64,000 bases of DNA from Pseudomonadales bacterium (GCA_036960805.1 JBALXL010000002.1:75052-139051); one strand, 5' to 3'; positions 37,404 to 46,728 are shown, counted from the first letter of the stretch. The notes: a model not told the origin generated them from the sequence alone. Made by a program: numbers and translations.

Positions 37404-38630
37404 ATGAGTATGAATACACACATAGTAAAAGAAGCCCATGTCGCCGCACACAATTACGAACCTTTACCTGTGGTTCTTGTTAAGGGAGAAGGTATTTATG
37501 TGTGGGATGATCAGGGACGTCGCTATACCGATTTAATGAGCGCCTATTCCGCCGTTAGCCTGGGTCACTCTCACCCGCGAATGGTCAACGCCATCTGCAG
37601 CCAAGCCAAGCAATTGGCGGTATGTTCACGGGCTTTTTTCACTGATAAGTTAGGTCCCTTCCTGGAGCGTGCCTGCCAACTGACCGGACAGGATCGCGCC
37701 TTGCCGATGAACACCGGTGCCGAAGCCGTGGAAACAGCCCTTAAAGCCGCCCGTAAGTGGGGTTATAAAGTCAAAAACATCCCCGAAGGAAAAGCAGAAA
37801 TCATCACCTGTAACGGCAACTTTCATGGCCGTACCATCGCCATTGTCGGTTTTTCCAGCGAACAGCAATACCGCGATGGTTTTGGCCCATTCCCGGAAGG
37901 ATTTGTAGCGATTAATTATGGCGAGGCGAAGGCGCTTGAAGCTGCAATCACCCCCAACACAGCCGCTTTTCTGGTGGAACCCATTCAAGGCGAAGCAGGC
38001 ATCGTGCTTCCACCAAAGGGCTATCTCGCTGAATGCGCACGCATCTGCAAAGCTAACAACGTGCTGCTGATCTGCGACGAAGTACAAACCGGGTTGGGCC
38101 GCACCGGCAAACTGCTGGCATGCGAACATGATGGCGTACATCCCGATGCGCTAATACTGGGTAAAGCATTAGGTGGTGGCATGTTAGCCGTATCGTTGTT
38201 TCTAGCACGCCAGGAGGTAATGAACGTCTTTCATCCAGGCGATCATGGCAGCACCTTTGGCGGCAATCCTCTAGCAGCGGCTGTGGGACTGGAAGCACTT
38301 AATGTTTTAATAGAAGAGAACTTGGTCGAACACTCTGCCGCGATGGGTGATTATTTTATCGATCAGCTGAAAAAACTGCACAGCCCGTTAATCAAGGATA
38401 TTCGTGGTAGAGGGTTGTTTATTGCGCTGGAAATCGAACCATCACTGGCCAACGCCCGTCAGGTATGTGAGCACATGGCACACCACGGTTTACTCAGTAA
38501 GGAAACTCATGACACCGTAGTTCGCCTAGCTCCCCCGCTGACCATCACCCAGCAACAGATTGATGAGACGATCACCAGTATTCAAAAAGCACTGAATGAT
38601 TTAGCTGAGCAGTTAGCGAAAAGTGCTTAG
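37404..38630 (+). CDS. rocD: Ornithine--oxo-acid aminotransferase
   Basis: 408 aa, class-III aminotransferase with RocD-like sequence (AHNYEPLPVVLVKGEGIYVWD, SAYSAVSLGH, MNTGAEAVETALKAARKWGY, DEVQTGLGRTGK). The true start may be the second ATG at 37410. Confidence 0.85.
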   Translation: MSMNTHIVKEAHVAAHNYEPLPVVLVKGEGIYVWDDQGRRYTDLMSAYSAVSLGHSHPRMVNAICSQAKQLAVCSRAFFTDKLGPFLERACQLTGQDRALPMNTGAEAVETALKAARKWGYKVKNIPEGKAEIITCNGNFHGRTIAIVGFSSEQQYRDGFGPFPEGFVAINYGEAKALEAAITPNTAAFLVEPIQGEAGIVLPPKGYLAECARICKANNVLLICDEVQTGLGRTGKLLACEHDGVHPDALILGKALGGGMLAVSLFLARQEVMNVFHPGDHGSTFGGNPLAAAVGLEALNVLIEENLVEHSAAMGDYFIDQLKKLHSPLIKDIRGRGLFIALEIEPSLANARQVCEHMAHHGLLSKETHDTVVRLAPPLTITQQQIDETITSIQKALNDLAEQLAKSA

Positions 38631-38740
38631 GGCAGTTACTGTAAACAAGCATTGTGTCATTTCAAACGAAGAGAGAAATCTTCAGCCGCGGCCGTAAAGG
38701 TTCCTACCACACGATCGGAATGACACAGTTTTTAAAGCGA

Positions 38741-40309
38741 TTAACCGCCCAGCTTATCCGTCGCCACGTGATAGCTCGGATCTTCCATCATATTCACTTC
38801 GCACAGGCTACCCGCTTCTTTCAGCAACTGACGACACTCAGGGCTGAGGTGGCGGATATGTAGATTTTTACCCGCCGCTTTGTATTTAGACGCTAGGCTG
38901 TCGAGTGCTTCAATACCGGAGTGATCACTGACCCGTGAACGTTTGAATTCAATCACTACATGTTCCGGGTCATCCTTCAGGTCAAACAACTCTCGGAAGT
39001 GTGAAACCGAACCAAAGAACAACGGCCCACGCAGGTCATAAACTTTGTAACCGTTATCATCGATATAGGTTTCTACTTCGATGTTTTTAGCGTGTTTCCA
39101 GGCAAATACCAGCGCCGACACAATCACACCCACAATCACTGCAATCGCCAAATCGTAGGCGACGGTCACACCCGATACGAGAATGATAATAAACGCATCG
39201 GTGGTGGGGATTTTTCGAATAATGCGGAATGAAGACCATTCAAAGGTGCCTAGCACCACCATAAACATAATACCCACCAGCGCCGCCAGTGGAATCATTT
39301 CGATGTAGTGTGCGCCAAACAGGATAAAGCCCAGCAACACCAATGCCGCGGTGATACCAGACAGGCGTCCACGGCCACCGGAATTAATATTGATCATGCT
39401 CTGACCGATCATCGCGCAACCACCCATGCCGCCGAAGAAGCCATTAACTGTATTGCCGATACCCTGGCCCACACATTCACGATTACCTTGACCACGGGTG
39501 TCGGTAATCTCATCAATTAGCGTCAAGGTCAGCAGTGATTCAATCAAACCAATAGCAGCGATAATTATCGAATAAGGCAAGATAATCCACAGCGTTTCCA
39601 GTGTGAACGGCACCATAGGAATGGAGAAACTTGGCAGTTCACCCTTCAAAGTTGCAGTGGCAGCATCAGCTGCCGAGCCCATATCACGTACAAAATCGAT
39701 CACCGTGCGTGTTTCAAGCTCCAGACCCACCGCAATCAGCGTCACGGTAAGAATAGCCACCAGACCTGCTGGCACAGCTGTCGTGAACTTAGGAAGGAAA
39801 TGCATGATCATCATAGTCAGTACAATCAGGCCTACCATCAGGTAAAGCATATTGCCCTCCATCATCACCATCGCGCCGCTGCCATCCTTGACCATAAACT
39901 GCGTTAACTGCGCGAGGAAAATCACGATCGCCAGACCATTCACAAAGCCCAGCATCACAGGATGCGGCACCATGCGGATAAACTTACCCAGTTTGAGTAT
40001 GCCCGCCGTGATTTGTAATAAACCGGCCAACAACACAGCAGCAAACAAGTATTGCACGCCGTTTTCGGCCACCAACGATACCATCACCACGGCTGTAGCA
40101 CCGGTAGCACCGGAGATCATGCCCGGACGACCACCAAAAACTGACGTCAGCAAGCCCATCATAAAGGCGGCGTACAAACCCACCATCGGCTGGACACCTG
40201 CCACAAAGGCAAAGGCTACTGCCTCAGGCACCAACGCTAGTGCGACGGTCATACCGGATAGCACGTCGTTTTTAATGTTGGAGTGTTTGTTGGCTATCAG
40301 ATTAAACAT
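38741..40309 (-). CDS. SulP family anion permease with a C-terminal STAS domain
   Basis: 522 aa, polytopic. [16 protein letters not shown]-type N-terminal motif. The C-terminal STAS-like segment reads [17 protein letters not shown]. Confidence 0.85.
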   Translation of the reverse strand: MFNLIANKHSNIKNDVLSGMTVALALVPEAVAFAFVAGVQPMVGLYAAFMMGLLTSVFGGRPGMISGATGATAVVMVSLVAENGVQYLFAAVLLAGLLQITAGILKLGKFIRMVPHPVMLGFVNGLAIVIFLAQLTQFMVKDGSGAMVMMEGNMLYLMVGLIVLTMMIMHFLPKFTTAVPAGLVAILTVTLIAVGLELETRTVIDFVRDMGSAADAATATLKGELPSFSIPMVPFTLETLWIILPYSIIIAAIGLIESLLTLTLIDEITDTRGQGNRECVGQGIGNTVNGFFGGMGGCAMIGQSMININSGGRGRLSGITAALVLLGFILFGAHYIEMIPLAALVGIMFMVVLGTFEWSSFRIIRKIPTTDAFIIILVSGVTVAYDLAIAVIVGVIVSALVFAWKHAKNIEVETYIDDNGYKVYDLRGPLFFGSVSHFRELFDLKDDPEHVVIEFKRSRVSDHSGIEALDSLASKYKAAGKNLHIRHLSPECRQLLKEAGSLCEVNMMEDPSYHVATDKLGG

Positions 40310-40443
40310 AAAGTTTGGGCCGCCTGTGTATTTTGCTTTTTGCGTAAGTTAAATATGTGCATAAAATGGGGCGCGATGATAGCACAGGCACACCTATGCC
40401 CAAAGGCTTCCCTTTGATTTTTCAACTACTTAGCTTCTAATAA

Positions 40444-40523
40444 TGATGGATTCTGGATCGAGTCCGGCATGACGAGGTCCGAACGACGAACGCTGTCATT
40501 CCAACCTATATGGGAATCCATCA
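40444..40523. repeat. 80-bp palindromic element (REP/MITE-like)
   Basis: Perfect 10-bp terminal inverted repeats tgatggattc...gaatccatca, with imperfect internal complementarity (ggcatgacg / ctgtcattcc). Intergenic, and seen only once in this window. Confidence 0.35.
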
Positions 40524-40624
40524 CTTCCTACTCAATAAAACTGGGAACCCCACAAGAGCGCTGGTATCTTATGCCCAACAATCCGGCTTACAGCCCTGTT
40601 TATTAACTATCGGCAGAAACAACC

Positions 40625-41665
40625 TTGATCAAACGCTACGAATTCTGGCCCGCACGTTTATTTGAAATCCCCTATTATCTCTGGCTCTGCATGCATTGCC
40701 TGTTGAGAGGCATGGGTATTCGCACCCTCGCCAAAGCCAACTACGCGCTTAACCACGGCGAAATTGGTTTGGGGTCAAAATATGAAACGCACCAGGCCTT
40801 TGATGAAAAGTACTTCTTACCGACTGATTTTTTGTCCGACAGCTTAAGTCCTGCCGACAAAGCAACAGCGATCAAAACGTTTGCCGATCAACACGGCTAT
40901 CCAGTGCTATTAAAATCCAACGTCGGCTGTGTCGGCAAAGGCATCATTAAACTCTCCGCACATGATGATATCGAAGCCGCATTACCCACACTAGCGGGTG
41001 ATTATCTCCTGCAGAAGTTCACCACCTTTAACACCGAGTACGGCGTTTTTTATACTCGCCACAAGGGCAAGGTTCGTATCACCGGCATTAACCGCAAACA
41101 TTTCCCCACTGTCAGAGGCAACGGCAAAAGCTCACTGGCCGATCTGGCGCGCAACCACTATCGCTACAGTGATCATTGGCATGCTTTTTTGCAGTATCAC
41201 GATACCTCCCGCATTCCTGCAGCCGGTGAAAAAATACAATTGTCATTCATCGGTTCCCACACTCTGGGCTGTAAGTTCACCGACGACACTCACCTGATAA
41301 CACCCGAACTTGAAGCCGCCGTAGCAGACGTATTCGCCTCGCAACCCGGTTATAATTTTGGTCGCATAGACATCAAAACACTCAGCCCTGAAACCTTTCA
41401 ACAGGGTGATTTTGTGGTCATCGAAGTTAATGGCGTTGCCTCCTTGCCAACTCACATGTTCGACCCTAAATACAGTCTTGCTGAAGCTTATCGAATCTTT
41501 ATCCAGCATGCGGGTTTACTGGCTAAAATCGCCCATGAGCAGCGCCATCGTCCGATGGAATTTCTACCCGTTAAAGAGCTCATTCAACAAATTCGAGAAG
41601 GCAACAGTACGCTTAATACCGCTCATAACAATATTACCAACAGGCAACCTGCCCATGGCGATTGA
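40625..41665 (+). CDS. ATP-grasp fold protein of unknown specificity
   Basis: 346 aa, TTG start. VLLKSNVGCVGKGIIKL (Lys / Gly-rich loop), EYGVFYTRHKG, and GRIDIKT..FVVIEVNG (Mg-binding E-x-N) are ATP-grasp-like. Confidence 0.55.
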   Translation: MIKRYEFWPARLFEIPYYLWLCMHCLLRGMGIRTLAKANYALNHGEIGLGSKYETHQAFDEKYFLPTDFLSDSLSPADKATAIKTFADQHGYPVLLKSNVGCVGKGIIKLSAHDDIEAALPTLAGDYLLQKFTTFNTEYGVFYTRHKGKVRITGINRKHFPTVRGNGKSSLADLARNHYRYSDHWHAFLQYHDTSRIPAAGEKIQLSFIGSHTLGCKFTDDTHLITPELEAAVADVFASQPGYNFGRIDIKTLSPETFQQGDFVVIEVNGVASLPTHMFDPKYSLAEAYRIFIQHAGLLAKIAHEQRHRPMEFLPVKELIQQIREGNSTLNTAHNNITNRQPAHGD

Positions 41666-42137
41666 AATTGAACGTAAATTTTTAGTTTCCGGCACCGCTT
41701 TCCTTGATGGGCTGACGGGTACCGAATTTCAACAAGGTTATCTAAGCCATGGCACGGCTACTGTGCGCGTACGCATTGCCGGTGAACAGGCGTTTTTGAC
41801 CATCAAAGGTAAAACACAGGGCATCTCTCGCAGCGAATACGAATATGCTATCCCCAAAGCTGATGCTCGCAATATGCTGGCAACACTGTGCGACGAAGCC
41901 GCCATTGAAAAAACACGTTATTTGATCGAACACGCTGAAAAATGCTGGGAAGTTGATGTTTTTCACGGCGCCAATCAAGGTTTAATCGTTGCCGAAATCG
42001 AACTCAAAGACGAACACGAAAAACTCACATTACCCGACTGGGTTGCTGAAGAAGTCTCCAGCGAAGTTCGCTACTTCAATAGCCAGCTTGCCAAACACCC
42101 CTATAGTCAATGGTCTGAAAACGGTGATAACAAATGA
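41655..42137 (+). CDS. CYTH domain protein (triphosphate tunnel metalloenzyme)
   Basis: The ATG at 41655 gives MAIEIERKFLV (ExExK motif), ..VRVRI..FLTIKG..R.EYEY.., and WEVDVFHGANQGLIVAEIEL. It overlaps the upstream stop by 11 nt. The track ORF start at 41406 is an upstream extension. Confidence 0.85.
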   Translation: MAIEIERKFLVSGTAFLDGLTGTEFQQGYLSHGTATVRVRIAGEQAFLTIKGKTQGISRSEYEYAIPKADARNMLATLCDEAAIEKTRYLIEHAEKCWEVDVFHGANQGLIVAEIELKDEHEKLTLPDWVAEEVSSEVRYFNSQLAKHPYSQWSENGDNK

Positions 42138-42619
42138 AACGACTCACGGTTATTCGTCACGGTGAGGCTGGCGCACCACCGCAAGGAAAAACAGATTTTG
42201 AGCGTCCGCTAAACCAGTCCGGCCTGCAGGAAGCACGAAGTATTGCGCTACAACTCAAACAAGATGACTTCAACTTTGATCAACTATTTTGCAGTACTGC
42301 TCAGCGCACACTGACTACGGCACAAATAATTCACCAAGCTTTCGAGCCCAATAACCGGCCGCTACTTACCGATCAGGCCCTGTACAATTTTGATATTGAA
42401 CCCTTCTACCGCTTTATTGAAATGATTGACGATGATATTCAGCACGCCGTCATCGTTGCCCATAATCCCGGCTTAAGCTATCTAGTCAACGATTTACTAC
42501 GCGCGCCCGTGCGAAGCATGAGCACTTGCACAGTGATACAAATGCAACTCAACATTGAGCAGTGGGTTGATATTCAAAGTCGTTGCGCTCAATTACTGAC
42601 TATTCACACACCAATTTAA
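42134..42619 (+). CDS. sixA: SixA-like histidine phosphatase
   Basis: 161 aa. RHGEA catalytic motif at the N-terminus and VAHNPG near the C-terminus. The 4-nt ATGA overlaps the CYTH gene. Confidence 0.7.
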   Translation: MKRLTVIRHGEAGAPPQGKTDFERPLNQSGLQEARSIALQLKQDDFNFDQLFCSTAQRTLTTAQIIHQAFEPNNRPLLTDQALYNFDIEPFYRFIEMIDDDIQHAVIVAHNPGLSYLVNDLLRAPVRSMSTCTVIQMQLNIEQWVDIQSRCAQLLTIHTPI

Positions 42620-42757
42620 AAACAGCCAAAAGAGCTCTCAAGTCAAACCGCCAAATTCCAGATTAAACGCCCTCTTCAGTTCCTCACTCGCGATCAAATA
42701 CACCACTACTCGAAAGCCCCATCTCGTTATCCATATCAATGCACAAGATCAAACGGT

Positions 42758-42784
42758 AATATAAATGAGAACGGTTTGCATTAG
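42758..42784. promoter_or_regulatory. Candidate Fur box upstream of the porin gene
   Basis: aatataaatgagaacggtttgcattag has imperfect dyad AATGAGAA-cgg-TTTGCATT and shares TGAGAAC..TT.GCA with the 33472 site. It lies ~70-95 nt upstream of 42854. Confidence 0.3.
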
Positions 42785-42853
42785 TCTTATCTTTACTATA
42801 AAGTCGCCCTCAAATTTAAACCATCTCTTTAATCTTTTCTTGGGGAAAATATT

Positions 42854-44056
42854 ATGAAGAAAACCTTACTCGCCCTGACCCTATCAGGTCTTTACGCCAG
42901 TGCTGCAAGCGCAGCCACACCCACTATTGAAGAAATGTGGGAAATCATTCAGCAACAACAAGCCGAAATTTCACGTTTAAAAGGTGATCAAAAAGTAACT
43001 GACGCCAAGGTCGAAGCGACCGCTGAAGCTATCGACAGCAGCAACCTTGCAAGCGTTGCTGAATGGGTGAACGACACTTCTTTCGGTGGTTATGGTGAAA
43101 TGCACTACAACAACCTGGACGACCAAAACGGCACTAGCGATAAAGATGAAATTGATCTGCACCGCTTTGTATTGTTCTTCGGTCATGAGTTTACCGATGA
43201 CGTGCGTTTCTTCTCTGAATTCGAAGTTGAACACTCTATTGCTGGTGAAGGCAAAAGCGGTGAAGTTGAAATCGAACAGGCCTATATTGAGTGGGACTAC
43301 GCCGCGAACCACACTGCCAAAGCCGGTGTATTCTTGGTACCTGTTGGCATAATCAACGAAACTCACGAGCCTGACACGTTCTACGGTACAGAGCGTAACC
43401 CAGTTGAGAAAAACATCATTCCTGCTACATGGTGGGAAGGTGGTGTTTCCAGTAGAGGTGAAATCGCTGAAGGCTGGAGCTACGATGTAGCATTACACTC
43501 TGGTCTCGAAATTAATGCCGGTAAATTTAAGGTTCGCGACGGTCGCCAGAAAGTATCCAAGGCAGCAGCCAGCAACGGCGCCGTGACAGCGCGCGTTAAA
43601 TACACAGGTATTAAAGGACTGGAACTGGCCGCAACTGTTCAGCACCAAACAGACGTAACTCAAAACCTAGCGGCCTCTAACGTCGATGCAAACCTGTTTG
43701 AAGCACACGCTGCTTACCAAAACGGTCCGTTCCAGCTGCGCGCTTTGTACGCAATGTGGGATTTGGATGACGGTATCAACGCCCACGGCGCAACAACTGG
43801 CGCAGACGAACAAGAAGGTTTCTACATTGAGCCATCTTACAAAATCACTGAAAAACTGGGCATCTTTGCACGTTACAACGAGTGGGATAACCAGGCAGGC
43901 GACAGCAGCGACAGTGAGTATCAACAAGTTGACCTTGGTGTTAACTACTGGTTAACACCAACGGTTGTTCTCAAAGCCGACTACCAAGATCAAGATGCAC
44001 CTACCGGCAAAACAGAGCTGGACGGTCTGAACCTCGGCGTAGGCTGGAGCTTCTAA
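42854..44056 (+). CDS. Outer-membrane porin (phosphate-selective porin O/P-like)
   Basis: 400 aa. Signal peptide ending ASA-AT, an N-terminal coiled segment, alternating beta-strand pattern and a C-terminal GVGWSF. Confidence 0.7.
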   Translation: MKKTLLALTLSGLYASAASAATPTIEEMWEIIQQQQAEISRLKGDQKVTDAKVEATAEAIDSSNLASVAEWVNDTSFGGYGEMHYNNLDDQNGTSDKDEIDLHRFVLFFGHEFTDDVRFFSEFEVEHSIAGEGKSGEVEIEQAYIEWDYAANHTAKAGVFLVPVGIINETHEPDTFYGTERNPVEKNIIPATWWEGGVSSRGEIAEGWSYDVALHSGLEINAGKFKVRDGRQKVSKAAASNGAVTARVKYTGIKGLELAATVQHQTDVTQNLAASNVDANLFEAHAAYQNGPFQLRALYAMWDLDDGINAHGATTGADEQEGFYIEPSYKITEKLGIFARYNEWDNQAGDSSDSEYQQVDLGVNYWLTPTVVLKADYQDQDAPTGKTELDGLNLGVGWSF

Positions 44057-44177
44057 GCATTGATTGCTTAATTAGCACTAGTTGCTAAAATAGTCCTCGT
44101 TCAGGGCGTCAGGTATTTGTTAACGCAAAAATCTGACGCCCTGTTTGGTTTTACGAGTAAACTTCTGAGTCCTTATT

Positions 44178-44783
44178 TTGCATTTAATTTCTAGTTACAA
44201 GCCCTTATCAAAACTGCTAACTCTGGCAGCCTTGCTGATCCTTGCCCCCACCATCTGGGCCAAGGGCGTTTATATGACTGCCGAGCAGTTTATACAATCC
44301 AGTTTCCCCGTTAATAAGCCGACACCTCAAGTCATTTGGCTCAATGCCGAGCTCAAAGCAGAAATATCCAAATTCCTTTATCGTCCTTATCGCGGTTTGC
44401 GCGTCCGTTATTGGCAGCAAGACAATCGCAGCGCTTGGATCTTTGACGAGGTTGGCAAAGAAAGACCCATCACTATTGGCCTGGTACTCAATCAGCAAAA
44501 GATAGAATCAGTCAACATTCTGGCTTTTCGCGAAAGCCGTGGCTGGGAAGTTAAATATGCTTTTTTCACCGACCAGTTTAAGAATGTTGAACTCAACAAA
44601 AAACAGAAACTCAGTCAGTACATTGACGGTATAACCGGCGCAACATTATCCGTAAACGCCGTAAAACGGGCTGCCAAGTTAGCGCTATTCCTTAATCAGC
44701 AGGTACTGAAAAAAGAGACACTCAATCAGCCGGCGCTGGGTCAACCATCACAGGAAAAAAGCTCTAGTGTCACTGCGCAATAG
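44178..44783 (+). CDS. Secreted FMN-binding domain protein
   Basis: 201 aa, TTG start, signal peptide. IDGITGATLSVNAV is the FMN_bind covalent flavinylation motif (D..(S/T)GA(T/S)). Confidence 0.65.
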   Translation: MHLISSYKPLSKLLTLAALLILAPTIWAKGVYMTAEQFIQSSFPVNKPTPQVIWLNAELKAEISKFLYRPYRGLRVRYWQQDNRSAWIFDEVGKERPITIGLVLNQQKIESVNILAFRESRGWEVKYAFFTDQFKNVELNKKQKLSQYIDGITGATLSVNAVKRAAKLALFLNQQVLKKETLNQPALGQPSQEKSSSVTAQ

Positions 44784-45540
44784 CCTTATTCTATCCGTAC
44801 GCTGGCACCGCCGTATTGGCCTGCTTTGTCTTCTTTTTGTGGTCGTGTTATCGGTCACCGGTATATTACTGAACCATACCAGCAGTTTGAAGCTGGACAG
44901 TATTAAGCTGCGCTCGCCTATTCTAGCAAGCCTCTACGGACTGCCCCGCCCTGAACCACTCTCCTTGCCCGTTGCAGGCCAATGGCTAACTCACGACGGT
45001 TTAAACCAGTTGTATTTAGAAGACACAGCTATTGCTCAATGCCAGGCGCCGCTGCTCGGAGCTGTTTCCCACAATGGGCTATTACAGGTTTTATGTGATC
45101 AGGAACTATTATTACTAAGCCCTGAGGGGGAATTACTGGAAAGTATCACACCCGTGCTAGGCCTTCCCGCAGGTGTAAAAGCATTAACGAAGCATAATAA
45201 TCAGCTTCTTATCGATACGGATAACGGCGCAATCATTGCTGATATTGATAGCCTGCAATGGACACCCACTGAGCAAACGCCTGAACAATGGCCGAGCCCA
45301 CAAAGCCCTCCATCACACTTACGCGACACAATTAACACTAACGCTCCCGCCATCGACCTTGAACAGGTATTGCTGGATTTGCACAGTGGTCGCTTATTCG
45401 GAGGATTAGGCGTGTTGGTTATGGATCTAGCAGCAGTATTATTAATCGTGCTTTCCATCACCGGCTTTATCGCCTGGAATAGCAGTCGAAAAATAAGGAA
45501 AGTCGCCGACAACTCTCGTCGATCAAAACGCTACCGGTAA
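44767..45540 (+). CDS. PepSY-associated transmembrane protein
   Basis: 257 aa, GTG start overlapping the upstream gene by 17 nt. WHRRIGLLCLLFVVVLSVTGILLNH at the N-terminus and DLHSGRLFG..TM at the C-terminus are PepSY_TM-like. Confidence 0.6.
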   Translation: MSLRNSLILSVRWHRRIGLLCLLFVVVLSVTGILLNHTSSLKLDSIKLRSPILASLYGLPRPEPLSLPVAGQWLTHDGLNQLYLEDTAIAQCQAPLLGAVSHNGLLQVLCDQELLLLSPEGELLESITPVLGLPAGVKALTKHNNQLLIDTDNGAIIADIDSLQWTPTEQTPEQWPSPQSPPSHLRDTINTNAPAIDLEQVLLDLHSGRLFGGLGVLVMDLAAVLLIVLSITGFIAWNSSRKIRKVADNSRRSKRYR

Positions 45541-45605
45541 AGTAGTCATCACTAAAAACAGAGCACGCTAATAAACAAGATGCTCAAAAAAGAAAAACTT
45601 GGGGA

Positions 45606-45636
45606 TAAAAAAAAGCGATCATCATATCGATCGCTT
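45606..45636 (-). terminator. Rho-independent terminator of the 81-aa gene
   Basis: On the minus strand: aagcgatc-gatatgat-gatcgctt followed by a T8 run. Confidence 0.7.
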
Positions 45637-45673
45637 AAGGTACGGCTAGGGGGGAATTGTTACAGCTAAGACG

Positions 45674-45919
45674 CTAGGCAGAAACATCCAACAAAGTGCC
45701 TAACACTTCGCTCGCTGAATTAACTACTTTAACCGACGCCTGCGTTGCCTGACTTTGATCTTGCAGATCAACAAAAGATTGCGTCAAGTCAGCAGCTGTA
45801 TTATTGCTTTCAGGCGTACTAGCCCCTGCTTTAGCAATATTAGAGCTTGCTTCTTGAAGGCCTTCAAAACCACGGCTAATGCCAGATAAGCCTGCTTGTA
45901 ATGCGGGTGATACGTTCAC
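45674..45919 (-). CDS. Small Ser/Ala/Gln-rich hypothetical protein
   Basis: 81 aa with no TM helix or signal peptide and its own terminator. The C-terminus ASVKVVNSASEVLGTLLDV faintly recalls YjfB-type putative motility proteins. Confidence 0.5.
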   Translation of the reverse strand: MNVSPALQAGLSGISRGFEGLQEASSNIAKAGASTPESNNTAADLTQSFVDLQDQSQATQASVKVVNSASEVLGTLLDVSA

Positions 45920-46023
45920 AGTCTTTTACCTTAAATCAGTCGCTAAAAATAGCTAGGTAAAATTAAGTATAGACACGAAAACAAAAATAGCAAACCTTAG
46001 GTTTACGCTACCAACTTTAGCTG

Positions 46024-46728
46024 CTAATCCCTGCTAAGCAGTGTTCGAATATCCAGATGGCTTGCTGCAAGCTGAGCTTTATCTTCAGCCTCGACCAAGA
46101 AAGGAATAACACCCAATAAAGGTGCCTTAATCCGGCTTTTAAGGGTTTGCAGGTTTTCGTCAAAACAGCTCATGTTGGCATCCAGTCCATTCGCCACCCA
46201 GCCAGCTAACGGCACACCATCATTAGCAATAGCCTCAACCGTCAATAACGCATGGTTAATACAGCCCAACTTCATGCCGATGACCAGAATCACTGGCAGC
46301 CCCAGTGCCTGCGGCAATCCAGATAAATATTCCGTCTCATTCAACGGTAACCGCCAACCACCGGCGCCTTCGATCAATGCGAGCTGCGCGGGCTGCTCAA
46401 GTACCGTCTGACAGTGCGTAATCAATGTATCCAGCGTCAGTTGATGTCCAGCCTGTTGCGCGGCAATATGAGGGGCGATAGCAGGCTCAAGAGCAACCGG
46501 GTTCACTTCGTCATAACTGAGTGACTCTGTCATTTGCGCCATCAACTTAACCGCATCGTCGTTTCGCAAACCATCAGGAGTGCACTCACAGCCTGCCGCA
46601 ACGGGCTTGATAGCCAACGTCGCTAAACCCTGTTGTCGCGCGGCGGCCAGTAAACCCTCTGTTACCAGAGTCTTACCTGCATCAGTATCTGTGCCCGTCA
46701 CAAAATAGGCGCTCTGTGCGGCTCTCAT
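46024..46728 (-). CDS. bioD: Dethiobiotin synthetase
   Basis: 234 aa. YFVTGTDTDAGKT P-loop. Last gene of the bio operon. Confidence 0.9.
   Translation of the reverse strand: MRAAQSAYFVTGTDTDAGKTLVTEGLLAAARQQGLATLAIKPVAAGCECTPDGLRNDDAVKLMAQMTESLSYDEVNPVALEPAIAPHIAAQQAGHQLTLDTLITHCQTVLEQPAQLALIEGAGGWRLPLNETEYLSGLPQALGLPVILVIGMKLGCINHALLTVEAIANDGVPLAGWVANGLDANMSCFDENLQTLKSRIKAPLLGVIPFLVEAEDKAQLAASHLDIRTLLSRD

Noticed and set aside
38654-38863. 69-aa plus-strand ORF at the SulP 3' end
   Set aside because: It overlaps the STAS domain coding region on the opposite strand and has no recognisable features.
41406-41654. Upstream extension of the CYTH ORF (track start 41406)
   Set aside because: The extension overlaps the ATP-grasp gene in another frame. 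The CYTH family begins at the ExExK motif, which directly follows the ATG at 41655.
40625-41665. Possibility that the ATP-grasp ORF is a cyanophycin synthetase matching the cphE-iadA pair
   Set aside because: At 346 aa it is far shorter than CphA (~870 aa), lacks the Mur-ligase-like C-terminal half, and lies 39 kb away from cphE-iadA.
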